The notes beneath the pieces were generated by a model, which worked only from the letters and a program-made list of their open reading frames with translations, did no database searches and was not told where the DNA came from. Shown piece by piece: positions 8,954-16,801 of a stretch of 33,753 nucleotides of DNA (position 1 is its first letter; the number at the start of each line of letters is the position of its first letter). The position numbers and the translations under genes are program-made. The DNA comes from a virus (lineage: Duplodnaviria; Caudoviricetes), in IMG/VR virus record IMGVR_UViG_3300022407_001572, positions 1 through 33,753 of that record; one strand, given 5' to 3'.

Positions 8954-10620
8954 GTTGTAAATGTGTCAGGGTATTCAATATCAATAGTAAAGATGTGCCT
9001 TTCTTGTCGCGTATTGGTTGTGTTGGCGTTTGGAATAACTATAACACCAGTCTTATTACCTTCGGAGTCTATTACATAAGCTTGTGATCCAATCCGAGAT
9101 TGTGTTTTGATTACTGAACTTGAAAACTCTACTATTGAATTGTTATAAACTTCTCCAAGTGTTACAAAGTCCTCCAAAGATTCCCACTGATTTATAGTTA
9201 GGTTCTCAGAAAATAATCTCAATCGCTTTCTCTTTACACCGTTGTCATAGGTAAATGTATACTCCTGATTGTAGAAAAAAGGCCAGCTTAATCCACCGCC
9301 TAATGTATTCCTGGCAACTAAAAGAACACTATTATCACAAGGTTCTAAAACAGTTGTTTTGATTGGGACCATACCGGTAGCAAATGAAACATCGTACTCA
9401 TCTAAAACCTGACTAGGCATCTGATACTTTAAATCAACCAAAAGAACTGATGATGTATCTAAATAAGATACAAGAAACGGCCATCCTCTAAAAATTCTAA
9501 ACTCTTCAAATTTAGTAAGTGTTTTTAAAGTTGATTCAATCATCAACATTGTATCAAAATTGTAACTCGATCCTGGTACTGTCTCGTTTAAAATAGACAT
9601 ATCAAAATAAGTACAATCAGCATTCGGTATTATCGTACCAACAATGTAGGTTTCTGTCATTAGGCTTATATTTCCGAAAAATTCTTGCCCTGTTGAAAGA
9701 GTTACCTTTAATTGACCGGTTCCAAATCCAGCGGTGTTAACGTTACCGCTTAAGGTGTATTCAACATATGCTAGCAGCGTAGTTGGCCTTCTAACCCTGT
9801 TTGAGCTTTGCCCAGCGCCTAGTGCCACTTCAATATAGGAAGCGTTAATTGTCCATGCTATGCCGCCTCCGCCTTGATCTACCCATCCAGCGGCTATCCA
9901 GTTTGGCGCTACTGTTGTGAAAGTTGTGCCTGTTTCCTTTCTATATTCCAACATATTACCACCGTATAGTGATGGTATTTGTAAAGCTCCATAAACCGCG
10001 TTAAAGGTATTAGCCGAGTCGTTTGTTTCAACGTTTGCACTACCTATCCACTGTTCGGTATACTTTATGTAAAAGTTTTTGTAAACGTTACTGTCAGTGT
10101 AAGAAGGTATCCCAGTTGTTAAGTCAGCACTAATATCAGGAGACATCGCAGACCAAAGTACCTTACTAATGTCTATCGTTACTAATCCTGTTTTGTCTGG
10201 GCTAACCCTTATCGTTCCAATCAAAGAAGATGTATAAACGCCAACCGATACTTTATAATTTAACCGTTGACTTAAGTTTATATACCCAGTAGTGGCCGGT
10301 GATATGTAAGTACCTGCACTAAACACTACCACACTATTCGCTGCGTTCGTTACTGAAACAACCGTATAAAGTGCATTGTAAATACCGTTATCAGTTGCCA
10401 CCCACATAGTAGCACCGACCAACACCGGACCACCTAAAGCCGTTGATAGTGTTACGAGGTTGGTGTTAACCGTTATCTGTAACGCTCCAGCACTGTTCGC
10501 CACGGCCGTTATATTGTAGTCCTTCCTTACCATCTTGTACAGGATAGGATTACCTACCGCGTTCCATGTACTTGTGAATGGGCTTGTAATTGATGGGCGT
10601 TGTGTTACTGTTAATGCCAT
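8950..10620 (-). CDS. Tail structural protein, distal-tail-like with inserted domains (556 aa)
   Basis: ORF track; RNTLGG-W motif near the C-terminus; located in the tail module. Confidence 0.55.
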   Translation of the reverse strand: MALTVTQRPSITSPFTSTWNAVGNPILYKMVRKDYNITAVANSAGALQITVNTNLVTLSTALGGPVLVGATMWVATDNGIYNALYTVVSVTNAANSVVVFSAGTYISPATTGYINLSQRLNYKVSVGVYTSSLIGTIRVSPDKTGLVTIDISKVLWSAMSPDISADLTTGIPSYTDSNVYKNFYIKYTEQWIGSANVETNDSANTFNAVYGALQIPSLYGGNMLEYRKETGTTFTTVAPNWIAAGWVDQGGGGIAWTINASYIEVALGAGQSSNRVRRPTTLLAYVEYTLSGNVNTAGFGTGQLKVTLSTGQEFFGNISLMTETYIVGTIIPNADCTYFDMSILNETVPGSSYNFDTMLMIESTLKTLTKFEEFRIFRGWPFLVSYLDTSSVLLVDLKYQMPSQVLDEYDVSFATGMVPIKTTVLEPCDNSVLLVARNTLGGGLSWPFFYNQEYTFTYDNGVKRKRLRLFSENLTINQWESLEDFVTLGEVYNNSIVEFSSSVIKTQSRIGSQAYVIDSEGNKTGVIVIPNANTTNTRQERHIFTIDIEYPDTFTT

Positions 10621-11093
10621 TATTCAAATGATGTTTTTAAAATCTTAGTAGTGTTGGTCTTGAACTGATCGAACATAGCTTTGCGTATCTCGTCACGGCT
10701 TGCTTCCATTTCGGCCTCGATTATATCAAGGACTGCTAATCTTGGGGATTCGTTACGCTTTGCCTTGGTTCCTGACTTCTTAATCTTCATGGCAATCGCC
10801 CAAGCTAATGAATCTACTTTGCCGTCCTTTGGTTGGATGCCTTTAGCCTTGATCCATTTCTTTATTGCGTCAACCGGTGGCAAGGTTCCAGGACTTCGCC
10901 CGTACTCCTGCCAGTAGAAATAACCAGCACCAGTTAAGGCCCCAGTTATGTTACCGCTTACTTCTTTGGTTTTGGATTTTAAACTCTTAGCCGACTCACC
11001 GGACGCGCGTATCTTCTTATCCTCTTGGTCCTGAATTATTCCAAGTCGGATGTTATCTAAAAGCTTCTGTATCGCCTCGCGTGTGGTTAGCAT
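10620..11093 (-). CDS. Neck/tail-completion protein (157 aa)
   Basis: ASGESAKSL, EYGRSPG.PP...I..WIK.KGI, LAWAIA.KI...GT motifs typical of phage neck proteins. Confidence 0.7.
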   Translation of the reverse strand: MLTTREAIQKLLDNIRLGIIQDQEDKKIRASGESAKSLKSKTKEVSGNITGALTGAGYFYWQEYGRSPGTLPPVDAIKKWIKAKGIQPKDGKVDSLAWAIAMKIKKSGTKAKRNESPRLAVLDIIEAEMEASRDEIRKAMFDQFKTNTTKILKTSFE

Positions 11094-11551
11094 CCTGTTT
11101 TACCTTCGTAGATTGGAACGGTAGCCTGTAATGAAATGCCGAATAGGTGAATATCTTGCCACGCGTATTCTGCCGTGTATCTCACTTCTTTAATGCCGTC
11201 CGCGTAGTCAGGGTTATAATCGATCACCGATTCGTACCCCAGCTTGTGGATGAAGTTACGCCCTATCTCGCGCGCTTGGTCTACAATCGGCTGCACTTCC
11301 TCAGATCGGTAGTCAGTCGTTGGAGCGTCTACCTTTCTTACAATAAAAGCCTGTAGGGTGAATGATGTGTGGTATTCTCGCTGGGTTCCGATTGTATCGG
11401 TATTCTCAAAAGGAGGGATGTAAACAAAGTACCATCCTGTTTCGCTCGCCAAGTGATCGAGGTCAAAGTTTGATTCGTAAAGGTTAGCGTAAACGAATTG
11501 CACGTTCTGATCTAAATTAGATACTACGCTCTTGATTGTGTCTACTATCAT
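11087..11551 (-). CDS. Putative tail terminator protein (154 aa)
   Basis: Size, acidic composition, position next to the neck gene. Confidence 0.5.
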   Translation of the reverse strand: MIVDTIKSVVSNLDQNVQFVYANLYESNFDLDHLASETGWYFVYIPPFENTDTIGTQREYHTSFTLQAFIVRKVDAPTTDYRSEEVQPIVDQAREIGRNFIHKLGYESVIDYNPDYADGIKEVRYTAEYAWQDIHLFGISLQATVPIYEGKTGC

Positions 11552-11847
11552 TTCGGCCTCATTGCTTTTTCAACTTCAATATACCTTTCTTGGTATTCGT
11601 TCTGCTGGTTCCATAACGCCAAAAACGGCATCACATCACCCATCTTTTCACTTAACACAAGCCTTGGCAATATACCGTAGGCTTTGGCGTACTTATCAAT
11701 CCAACTAAGATTCGTCCAAGGTTCAAGCTTATCAACCCCAGCCTCTTTGGCGTAGAGTTGACGTTCAGCATTAGCGGGCGAATCACTTGCCGCCATGAAA
11801 GAAAGCCACTTCGACCACGCCTTTTCAGCCGATTTAACAAAAAAAAA
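11548..11847 (-). CDS. Tail assembly chaperone, -1 frame extension (gpT-like part of a ~266-aa fusion)
   Basis: -1 frame is open from the T9 run: FFVKSAEKAWSKWLSF-MAASDSP...EKAMRPK; ends with an ATGA overlap on the next gene. Confidence 0.65.
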   Translation of the reverse strand, partial: FFFVKSAEKAWSKWLSFMAASDSPANAERQLYAKEAGVDKLEPWTNLSWIDKYAKAYGILPRLVLSEKMGDVMPFLALWNQQNEYQERYIEVEKAMRPK

Positions 11848-12347
11848 CCAACCGGATAAACGTCTAATATGCTCATCTCCTTAACCATACCCTCCAACAC
11901 TTTCGCGCTGTTAAGACTAAAAGGAGCATCATCATATAGGGGTTGAATATACACAGAAAAGGCGAAACTTAAAAGCTCCCTTAAATCTACGCATCCCTTC
12001 AACGCGTCCTTGATTACTAAGTTCTGTTCGATGGTTAGTTCTTCAATGTCTTTTGGAATTAAGATAGTCCGGTTTCCAACTATCACAACTTTGGGCATCG
12101 GGAGCTTTTCGAAGTCCATAGGATTGTACCAAACATAATCCGTGCAATCGTCAATGATCTGGTCAAGCTTCTCGCTTACCGCTGATCTTACCAAGGCTTC
12201 ATCGTACCCCGTCTGAATGCAGAATAGCTTTATCCGATCCACCTTATCCCATTCCTTTACATAGCGTTGGTATAGGCCAGTAGTGGTTTCTGCCCAGCTT
12301 TGGGGAACCTTGATGATATTGTCGTTAGCGTCCTTTAGCTTAATCAA
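11652..12347 (-). CDS. Tail assembly chaperone (gpG-like), probable TTG start at 12347
   Basis: P.SW.E.T..Y and I.ELT..Q motifs; ...DVYPVGFF slippery run GGT TTT TTT TTG. Confidence 0.65.
   Translation of the reverse strand: MIKLKDANDNIIKVPQSWAETTTGLYQRYVKEWDKVDRIKLFCIQTGYDEALVRSAVSEKLDQIIDDCTDYVWYNPMDFEKLPMPKVVIVGNRTILIPKDIEELTIEQNLVIKDALKGCVDLRELLSFAFSVYIQPLYDDAPFSLNSAKVLEGMVKEMSILDVYPVGFFLLNRLKRRGRSGFLSWRQVIRPLMLNVNSTPKRLGLISLNLGRILVGLISTPKPTVYCQGLC
11839..11847 (-). other. Putative -1 ribosomal frameshift slippery site (T TTT TTT)
   Basis: Nine-T run on the coding strand that joins the two overlapping ORFs by a -1 shift. Confidence 0.65.
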
Positions 12348-12465
12348 TCGCTTTCCAGGTTTCCCGTGAAACAATAAACGCAACCTTAACCAATGAGGTA
12401 ACCAAAGAAACGGGTAGCCAAATAGGGAAGGTTAGAACAAGTGCAATGATTTGTCGTTTGGTCAT
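12340..12465 (-). CDS. Small membrane peptide (41 aa)
   Basis: MTKRQIIALVLTFPIWLPVSLVTSLVKVAFIVSRETWKAID; fills the gap between TerL and the chaperone. Confidence 0.55.
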   Translation of the reverse strand: MTKRQIIALVLTFPIWLPVSLVTSLVKVAFIVSRETWKAID

Positions 12466-12466
12466 A

Positions 12467-13657
12467 TTAAACTGCTTTAGCTGAGAATGCTCTTTTACCT
12501 TTCCGGTGGTTAGCTAGTGCCAACGCGCAAACTATATCATCGTGCATACCATCGGGAGCTGAATACTTTACACCTGACTTTGAATAGATAAACTCGAAAG
12601 ATTCCAATTCATCAACCATATCAGCAAGGATGTAAATTTCACCTTTTTGAATTGAATTTGCAAGACCTTCCATTATTTGTTGTTTGGAATTGGATGTGAA
12701 AACAAACCCCTCCGCCCGTGGACATGATCGGGTTATTTCCTCAACTATCGGATTACCTACCCCAGTGCTATCAATGTAGGCCGGCTTTTGCTTAATCAAA
12801 TCTATTATCCGTTTGGTCGTTTGTCCCCAATCGGACTGCCAGCGGTGAAACTCTGTAACCTGACCGTTAATGTCTAAACCTATAACTACCGTCCAATCGT
12901 GTGACTTCGCCAAGTCTACCCCGTATGATGCTGTAGGGTTTTTAGATAGTGGTCTGATCGCGCTCTTGATAAACTCATGCCCGAACGGGTTGGCATCCTC
13001 GTCTAAGGCATCACCTAAATATAGCTGTCTGAATGCCTTGTCGGGTAAGTCTCGCCTTGCCTGTTCTACTTCGTCAAGTGATAGGATGCCAGCGTCAACC
13101 GCATCGTAGGCCGTTAGCTTGAAGTGCTTATACCCTGGTTCGCCTGATCTTGCCTTTACCCCTAAACGATAACCCCAATTATTCTTCCCCCGAACGTTTC
13201 CGATAAACTTACACTTTCCTTTGGTTGCTGTTAAGGTAGACCGCAAAGCAATCCAAGCCTCCTCCCGCGCCCGTGTGAACTCGTCAAAGACCACCGCGTG
13301 AACATCCTCCCCGTAAAGGTTATCAGGTTTTTCCGCTGATTTGAACCATATTGTCGCTTTCTTGGGTGTTACGATAAACAGATCCGATTCGTTGATTCTA
13401 TACCCAGGCTTGCCGGCTATGGTTCTACGCATCCGAGTGAATGCTATTTTGGCCTGTGAGTAAACAGGAGCAACCCACCAATAGTTAGCCCCTTCTTTTG
13501 GGGGTTTGTGGGCTTCTTCAAATATCCACCAAAGATGTGAATAGGTTTTGCCTACCTTAGTTGATGCCTCGCATACCGTGAAGCGTTCGGGGCAGTAGAG
13601 TATATCCTTTTGGTAACTCGTTAGGTTTGGCCTTATAAGCTTGTAATCACTCTGCAT
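12467..13657 (-). CDS. terL: Terminase large subunit
   Basis: Walker A-like ASTKVGKT, WWVAP, Walker B VVFDE, nuclease GVDLAKSHDWT, IDSTGVG, HDDIVCALALA. Confidence 0.95.
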   Translation of the reverse strand: MQSDYKLIRPNLTSYQKDILYCPERFTVCEASTKVGKTYSHLWWIFEEAHKPPKEGANYWWVAPVYSQAKIAFTRMRRTIAGKPGYRINESDLFIVTPKKATIWFKSAEKPDNLYGEDVHAVVFDEFTRAREEAWIALRSTLTATKGKCKFIGNVRGKNNWGYRLGVKARSGEPGYKHFKLTAYDAVDAGILSLDEVEQARRDLPDKAFRQLYLGDALDEDANPFGHEFIKSAIRPLSKNPTASYGVDLAKSHDWTVVIGLDINGQVTEFHRWQSDWGQTTKRIIDLIKQKPAYIDSTGVGNPIVEEITRSCPRAEGFVFTSNSKQQIMEGLANSIQKGEIYILADMVDELESFEFIYSKSGVKYSAPDGMHDDIVCALALANHRKGKRAFSAKAV

Positions 13658-13901
13658 CCTTAAAGGTTACGACTATTGTCTCCCCTCCGCTAGTAACGTC
13701 AACTTTCTCTTGTGGTTTGCCGAAAGCGTGTTCAAAGACAAACTTTAAAAGTGCCGGCTCTTGTGTAGCCAGTAACGCATTTAAAGCCTCCTCTAAGCCA
13801 CCGTACCTAGCTATAAGTGCTTTCCTTGCTAAGTCCCTTGTGCCTAGCTCCTCGCTTATTGATTTGCGCCCTGCGCCTGGTTGTGGTCCGCCCCGTGGCA
13901 T
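13647..13901 (-). CDS. terS: Terminase small subunit
   Basis: MPRGG.QPGAGRK N-terminus, FGKPQEKVDVTSGGE C-terminus; immediately upstream of terL. Confidence 0.75.
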   Translation of the reverse strand: MPRGGPQPGAGRKSISEELGTRDLARKALIARYGGLEEALNALLATQEPALLKFVFEHAFGKPQEKVDVTSGGETIVVTFKDAE

Positions 13902-13936
13902 AAAATTAGATTTGTTCGATTAAACTAAAACTTTAG

Positions 13937-14116
13937 TTATCCTTTCTTTCTTTTAAAAGATAGCAGCCATTTCCTAACCAGGTAGCCATAGTCTTTTTTT
14001 ACCTGTTCCTTTGGGTTTGGTGTTTCGATTTTGTCAGGATCGCCACTTGGGTCCTCTGGTTGGGCTTGGGCTGATATGCTGATCAGGAGAAATAGCACAA
14101 ATAGTATTCGTTTCAT
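13937..14116 (-). CDS. Small secreted peptide (59 aa) with Sec signal peptide
   Basis: MKRILFVLFLLISISAQA|QPEDPSGDPD...KRKKG; start moved from 14221 to ATG 14116, which follows a TATATTTA box (14134-14141) and an A-rich leader. Confidence 0.65.
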   Translation of the reverse strand: MKRILFVLFLLISISAQAQPEDPSGDPDKIETPNPKEQVKKDYGYLVRKWLLSFKRKKG

Positions 14117-14143
14117 GGTTTTGTTGTTTTGTGTAAATATACG

Positions 14144-14179
14144 AAAAAAAGGGATAAGCCCGTCTGACCTTCCCTTTTT
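14144..14179 (-). terminator. Terminator hairpin, probably bidirectional
   Basis: AAAAAGGGA-AGGTC...GGCTT-A-TCCCTTTTTTT with A/T runs on both sides. Confidence 0.7.
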
Positions 14180-14205
14180 CGATCTAAACCAGTAATACCT
14201 ATGAA
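14144..14205 (-). ncRNA. Candidate ~60-nt small RNA
   Basis: TACATTTA -7-like box at 14209-14216, short non-coding body CATAGGTATTACTGGTTTAG, then the terminator. Confidence 0.4.
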
Positions 14206-14217
14206 TTGTAAATGTAT

Positions 14218-14310
14218 TCATAATCCGAGTAACTTCAAAATAAATATTGTAATAACCAGCACCAAAGCGGCAAGGAAAGTAGATAGCCGGTCTTTGTCTC
14301 GCTGGGTCAT
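14218..14310 (-). CDS. Small membrane peptide (30 aa)
   Basis: MTQRDKDRLSTFLAALVLVITIFILKLLGL; ATGA overlap with the MTase stop. Confidence 0.5.
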   Translation of the reverse strand: MTQRDKDRLSTFLAALVLVITIFILKLLGL

Positions 14311-15182
14311 ATTATTGCTATCGCCTTAAATATCTCATAAGCTACTTGTGGAACTATGGCGTTTCCTCCGGCTTTGATTGATTCGCTTCGCCACTTAGGA
14401 AAGGTAATAGAGTCCAGTTTTCCGGAAAGTCCATCATCTCCATTACAAATCGTGGATTGAGTTGGGAACTTTTCCCAGGTTGATGGAAGGCATCCGGCAA
14501 TGAGTTCGTTTCTGTTCTTCCTGATTGTTTCAGTGCTTCCGTTGATCTCGCACCCTTGTAATCTCGTGTCGCTGGTGTTGGTAAAAACATTTTCCAAATT
14601 TCCGGATTGTAAACTACTTGATGTAGACTTAGTCCGTGATTTATTCCTTCCTTGTAAGATGTTCTTAATGACCCTTTCCTGTCTTGTAAATCTGGTGTTG
14701 GCAGCAATAAACCAAATTCTATCCCTTCTGTGTGGAGCGTTGACGGCACAAGCTGGAAGTAAAAACGGTGTGACTTCGTAGCCTTGAGCTTCCAGGTCAG
14801 CCTGCACTTCATCGAAAACCATTCCCCCGTTCCAATTAGTGAGGCCGCGAACGTTCTCGCCCACAACGTAGGTCGGTTGAATTTCTCGAACTGCTCTAAG
14901 CATCTCCGGCCAGAGGTGGCGGTCATCTTCCTTTCCAAGTCGCTTCCCCGCTGCGCTGTATGGTTGGCATGGAAATCCACCTGTAAGGATGTCGATGGTT
15001 CCTCTGTGAATAGTGAAGTCTGTCTTTGTGATGTCATGGTATGATGTGGCTTTAGGCCAGTAATGTTTTAGTACTCTTTGTCCAAAAGGATTCCACTCGC
15101 AATGAAATACGTTATCCCAACCCATCCACTCGGCAGCTAGATCGAATCCACCTATTCCGGAAAAAAGGCTACCGTGCCTCAT
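14307..15182 (-). CDS. dcm: DNA (cytosine-5) methyltransferase, alpha polypeptide (motifs I-VIII and X, lacks IX)
   Basis: SLFSGIGG (I), GGFPCQ (IV), ENV (VI), PHRRDRIWFIA (VIII), GNAIVPQVA (X). Confidence 0.93.
   Translation of the reverse strand: MRHGSLFSGIGGFDLAAEWMGWDNVFHCEWNPFGQRVLKHYWPKATSYHDITKTDFTIHRGTIDILTGGFPCQPYSAAGKRLGKEDDRHLWPEMLRAVREIQPTYVVGENVRGLTNWNGGMVFDEVQADLEAQGYEVTPFLLPACAVNAPHRRDRIWFIAANTRFTRQERVIKNILQGRNKSRTKSTSSSLQSGNLENVFTNTSDTRLQGCEINGSTETIRKNRNELIAGCLPSTWEKFPTQSTICNGDDGLSGKLDSITFPKWRSESIKAGGNAIVPQVAYEIFKAIAII
14354..15037 (-). CDS. C5-MTase beta polypeptide overprinted in the +1 frame (TRD-like repeats plus motif IX)
   Basis: Nested 227-aa ORF with LLPTP..D.KG twice and LNPRFVMEMMDFPENWT (motif IX) at 14411-14461; true start uncertain. 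Confidence 0.75.
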   Translation of the reverse strand: MTSQRQTSLFTEEPSTSLQVDFHANHTAQRGSDLERKMTATSGRRCLEQFEKFNRPTLWARTFAASLIGTGEWFSMKCRLTWKLKATKSHRFYFQLVPSTLHTEGIEFGLLLPTPDLQDRKGSLRTSYKEGINHGLSLHQVVYNPEIWKMFLPTPATRDYKGARSTEALKQSGRTETNSLPDAFHQPGKSSQLNPRFVMEMMDFPENWTLLPFLSGEANQSKPEETP

Positions 15183-15328
15183 CTTACCTTAAATCCTTTT
15201 AGTTCCATCATCGCCATCCATTCGTTAGGCTTTGCTTTACATGGGTGTTGGTTTCTCGGGAAGTGATAGTCCTCTGCATCCGTGTTGGGCATATTGTTTT
15301 TAATCGGTTTGAGTCTCCTTCTCCCCAT
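15179..15328 (-). CDS. Small hypothetical protein (49 aa; alternative start 15292)
   Basis: MGRRRLKPIKNNMPNTDAEDYHFPRNQHPCKAKPNEWMAMMELKGFKVR; ATGA overlap with dcm. Confidence 0.45.
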   Translation of the reverse strand: MGRRRLKPIKNNMPNTDAEDYHFPRNQHPCKAKPNEWMAMMELKGFKVR

Positions 15329-15728
15329 AAAGTAAATCAGTTATCCAAGTGTTTTGTTTGTTCAAATCCCTGTAGTGTGCTAAAATGGATTGCAATTCCG
15401 GATTAGTCCATTTCTTTGTCTCTCTCCCTACCTTTCGGAGCATATCAGCCGTCCCGGGTCCGTACTTTAAATCGATGCGAAGATGGTAAATTTCTTCGTT
15501 ACCGTCAAGTGTTATGTTACAATAGTTGCAAGCAAGATGGGAATTTTTAGGATGCCATTTTAATCCTGTATTCCTTCGCCTTACAAAGTGTGAGCAGTTT
15601 AGTTCTTCTACCTTATAATCCTTTTGGCAAGTAAAGCATTTACAGTAGTGGGAGCCAGCACTATCCCTTGCCCGAATAAACCGTACGAACTCGTATTCTA
15701 TTGCGTTTTTAAGTGTTGAGTTGCTCAT
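15300..15728 (-). CDS. ninG: NinG/Rap-like recombination endonuclease
   Basis: FIRARD...CFTC...CSHF.RR...W...N.H..C..CN..L.GN...Y...I..KYG pattern. Confidence 0.85.
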   Translation of the reverse strand: MSNSTLKNAIEYEFVRFIRARDSAGSHYCKCFTCQKDYKVEELNCSHFVRRRNTGLKWHPKNSHLACNYCNITLDGNEEIYHLRIDLKYGPGTADMLRKVGRETKKWTNPELQSILAHYRDLNKQNTWITDLLYGEKETQTD

Positions 15729-15833
15729 AGTTTAAATTTAACCCCTTGCCCCACTCGGAGCCACCACCGGAAACCTTTCACCACAAAATGTTAACCGGTC
15801 GGGGGGATGGTGATTATCGTTTAACCCACTCGT

Positions 15834-15841
15834 CAAAGCTA
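15834..15841 (-). promoter_or_regulatory. -7 promoter box TAGCTTTG upstream of a structured ~100-nt leader of ninG
   Basis: Exact TAnnTTTG match in intergenic DNA. Confidence 0.55.
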
Positions 15842-15850
15842 AGGAAATTT

Positions 15851-16801
15851 CTATTTAAGCCAATCATAATTCTTATCAAAACTTACTTGTTTGTAGTCGT
15901 TCAGCTTGCTTTCAAACCCTCCAACAAAGTCAAAGCCTGTACGGTCTACCCTGTACTTAAATCTTAGCGGGCTACTGTAGGGCGTTGGCTCCCCTCCAAA
16001 CTCTTGGTTCCTTACCTTTCTAACGTGTATCTCGGTTATGAACTTCTCCCCGTCCAGCATTGAACTGATCTGTCTGTGGAGTACAATCGTATTGTCAGCC
16101 TTGTTTGGAAACTTACCGCCTCCCTCAACATCGCTATCCATTGGGGCGGGTCGGTGTCCGTTGTTGTCCGGCTTTACCCTTTGCGCTTCCGTTACCGTGT
16201 GGCAGTTTAGATAAATGCTTTTATCGGTATTCATAGCAAAAATACGCATTTCCTCGGCTGCCTGGTAGTGGTAGTCATGGGTGTTTAGCTTAAAAGAGTT
16301 TTCAATCTTTAGGGAATTGTAAGGATCAATAAAGAAGAAATCAAACTCAAAGCCGGCATCCAAAAGGTAGGTAGCTTGGTTTAACATATCCCTGTAGCTA
16401 AAATGCCTTTCGTGTTTAATGTACTTTATGTTCGATCGAAACTTTGCCAAGTCCTCAACCGAGATATTTATATGCCCCGTGCAAAACCTGATTATCTGTT
16501 TGTGAATTGAGCTTATCCTATTTTCAGCCGAATAGATCAAAATACGCTTACCCTGCTTAACCAAAAAAGAAAGCATCCAAAGGATAGCCGTAGTCTTTCC
16601 TACGTTTGTGTGCCCGATTATACAGGTTAGTTCTCCCATCTTGGCCGGACAATACGCGTCTATCTCGTTCCCGTACTTGACAACATCCATCGAATAGCCA
16701 TCCAAAACCTCCTTTTCGTAGTGTCTTGGGTCGGCTATAAAGTGAATGCCTGGGTCTGCAGGCGCGTTAAGAATTTCCCTTAATTCGTTGGCGGACTTCA
16801 T
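15851..16801 (-). CDS. DnaB-like (SF4) replicative helicase, ATPase domain only
   Basis: Walker A GHTNVGKT, YSAEN, FFIDPYN, KADNTIVLHR, KVRN. Confidence 0.85.
   Translation of the reverse strand: MKSANELREILNAPADPGIHFIADPRHYEKEVLDGYSMDVVKYGNEIDAYCPAKMGELTCIIGHTNVGKTTAILWMLSFLVKQGKRILIYSAENRISSIHKQIIRFCTGHINISVEDLAKFRSNIKYIKHERHFSYRDMLNQATYLLDAGFEFDFFFIDPYNSLKIENSFKLNTHDYHYQAAEEMRIFAMNTDKSIYLNCHTVTEAQRVKPDNNGHRPAPMDSDVEGGGKFPNKADNTIVLHRQISSMLDGEKFITEIHVRKVRNQEFGGEPTPYSSPLRFKYRVDRTGFDFVGGFESKLNDYKQVSFDKNYDWLK

Noticed and set aside
14117-14221. N-terminal 35 aa of track ORF 13937-14221
   Set aside because: Runs through a terminator and promoter; the signal peptide begins at ATG 14116
15741-15815. 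Possible tRNA in the GC-rich intergenic tract
   Set aside because: No cloverleaf, no T-loop GTTCRA, no acceptor stem on either strand
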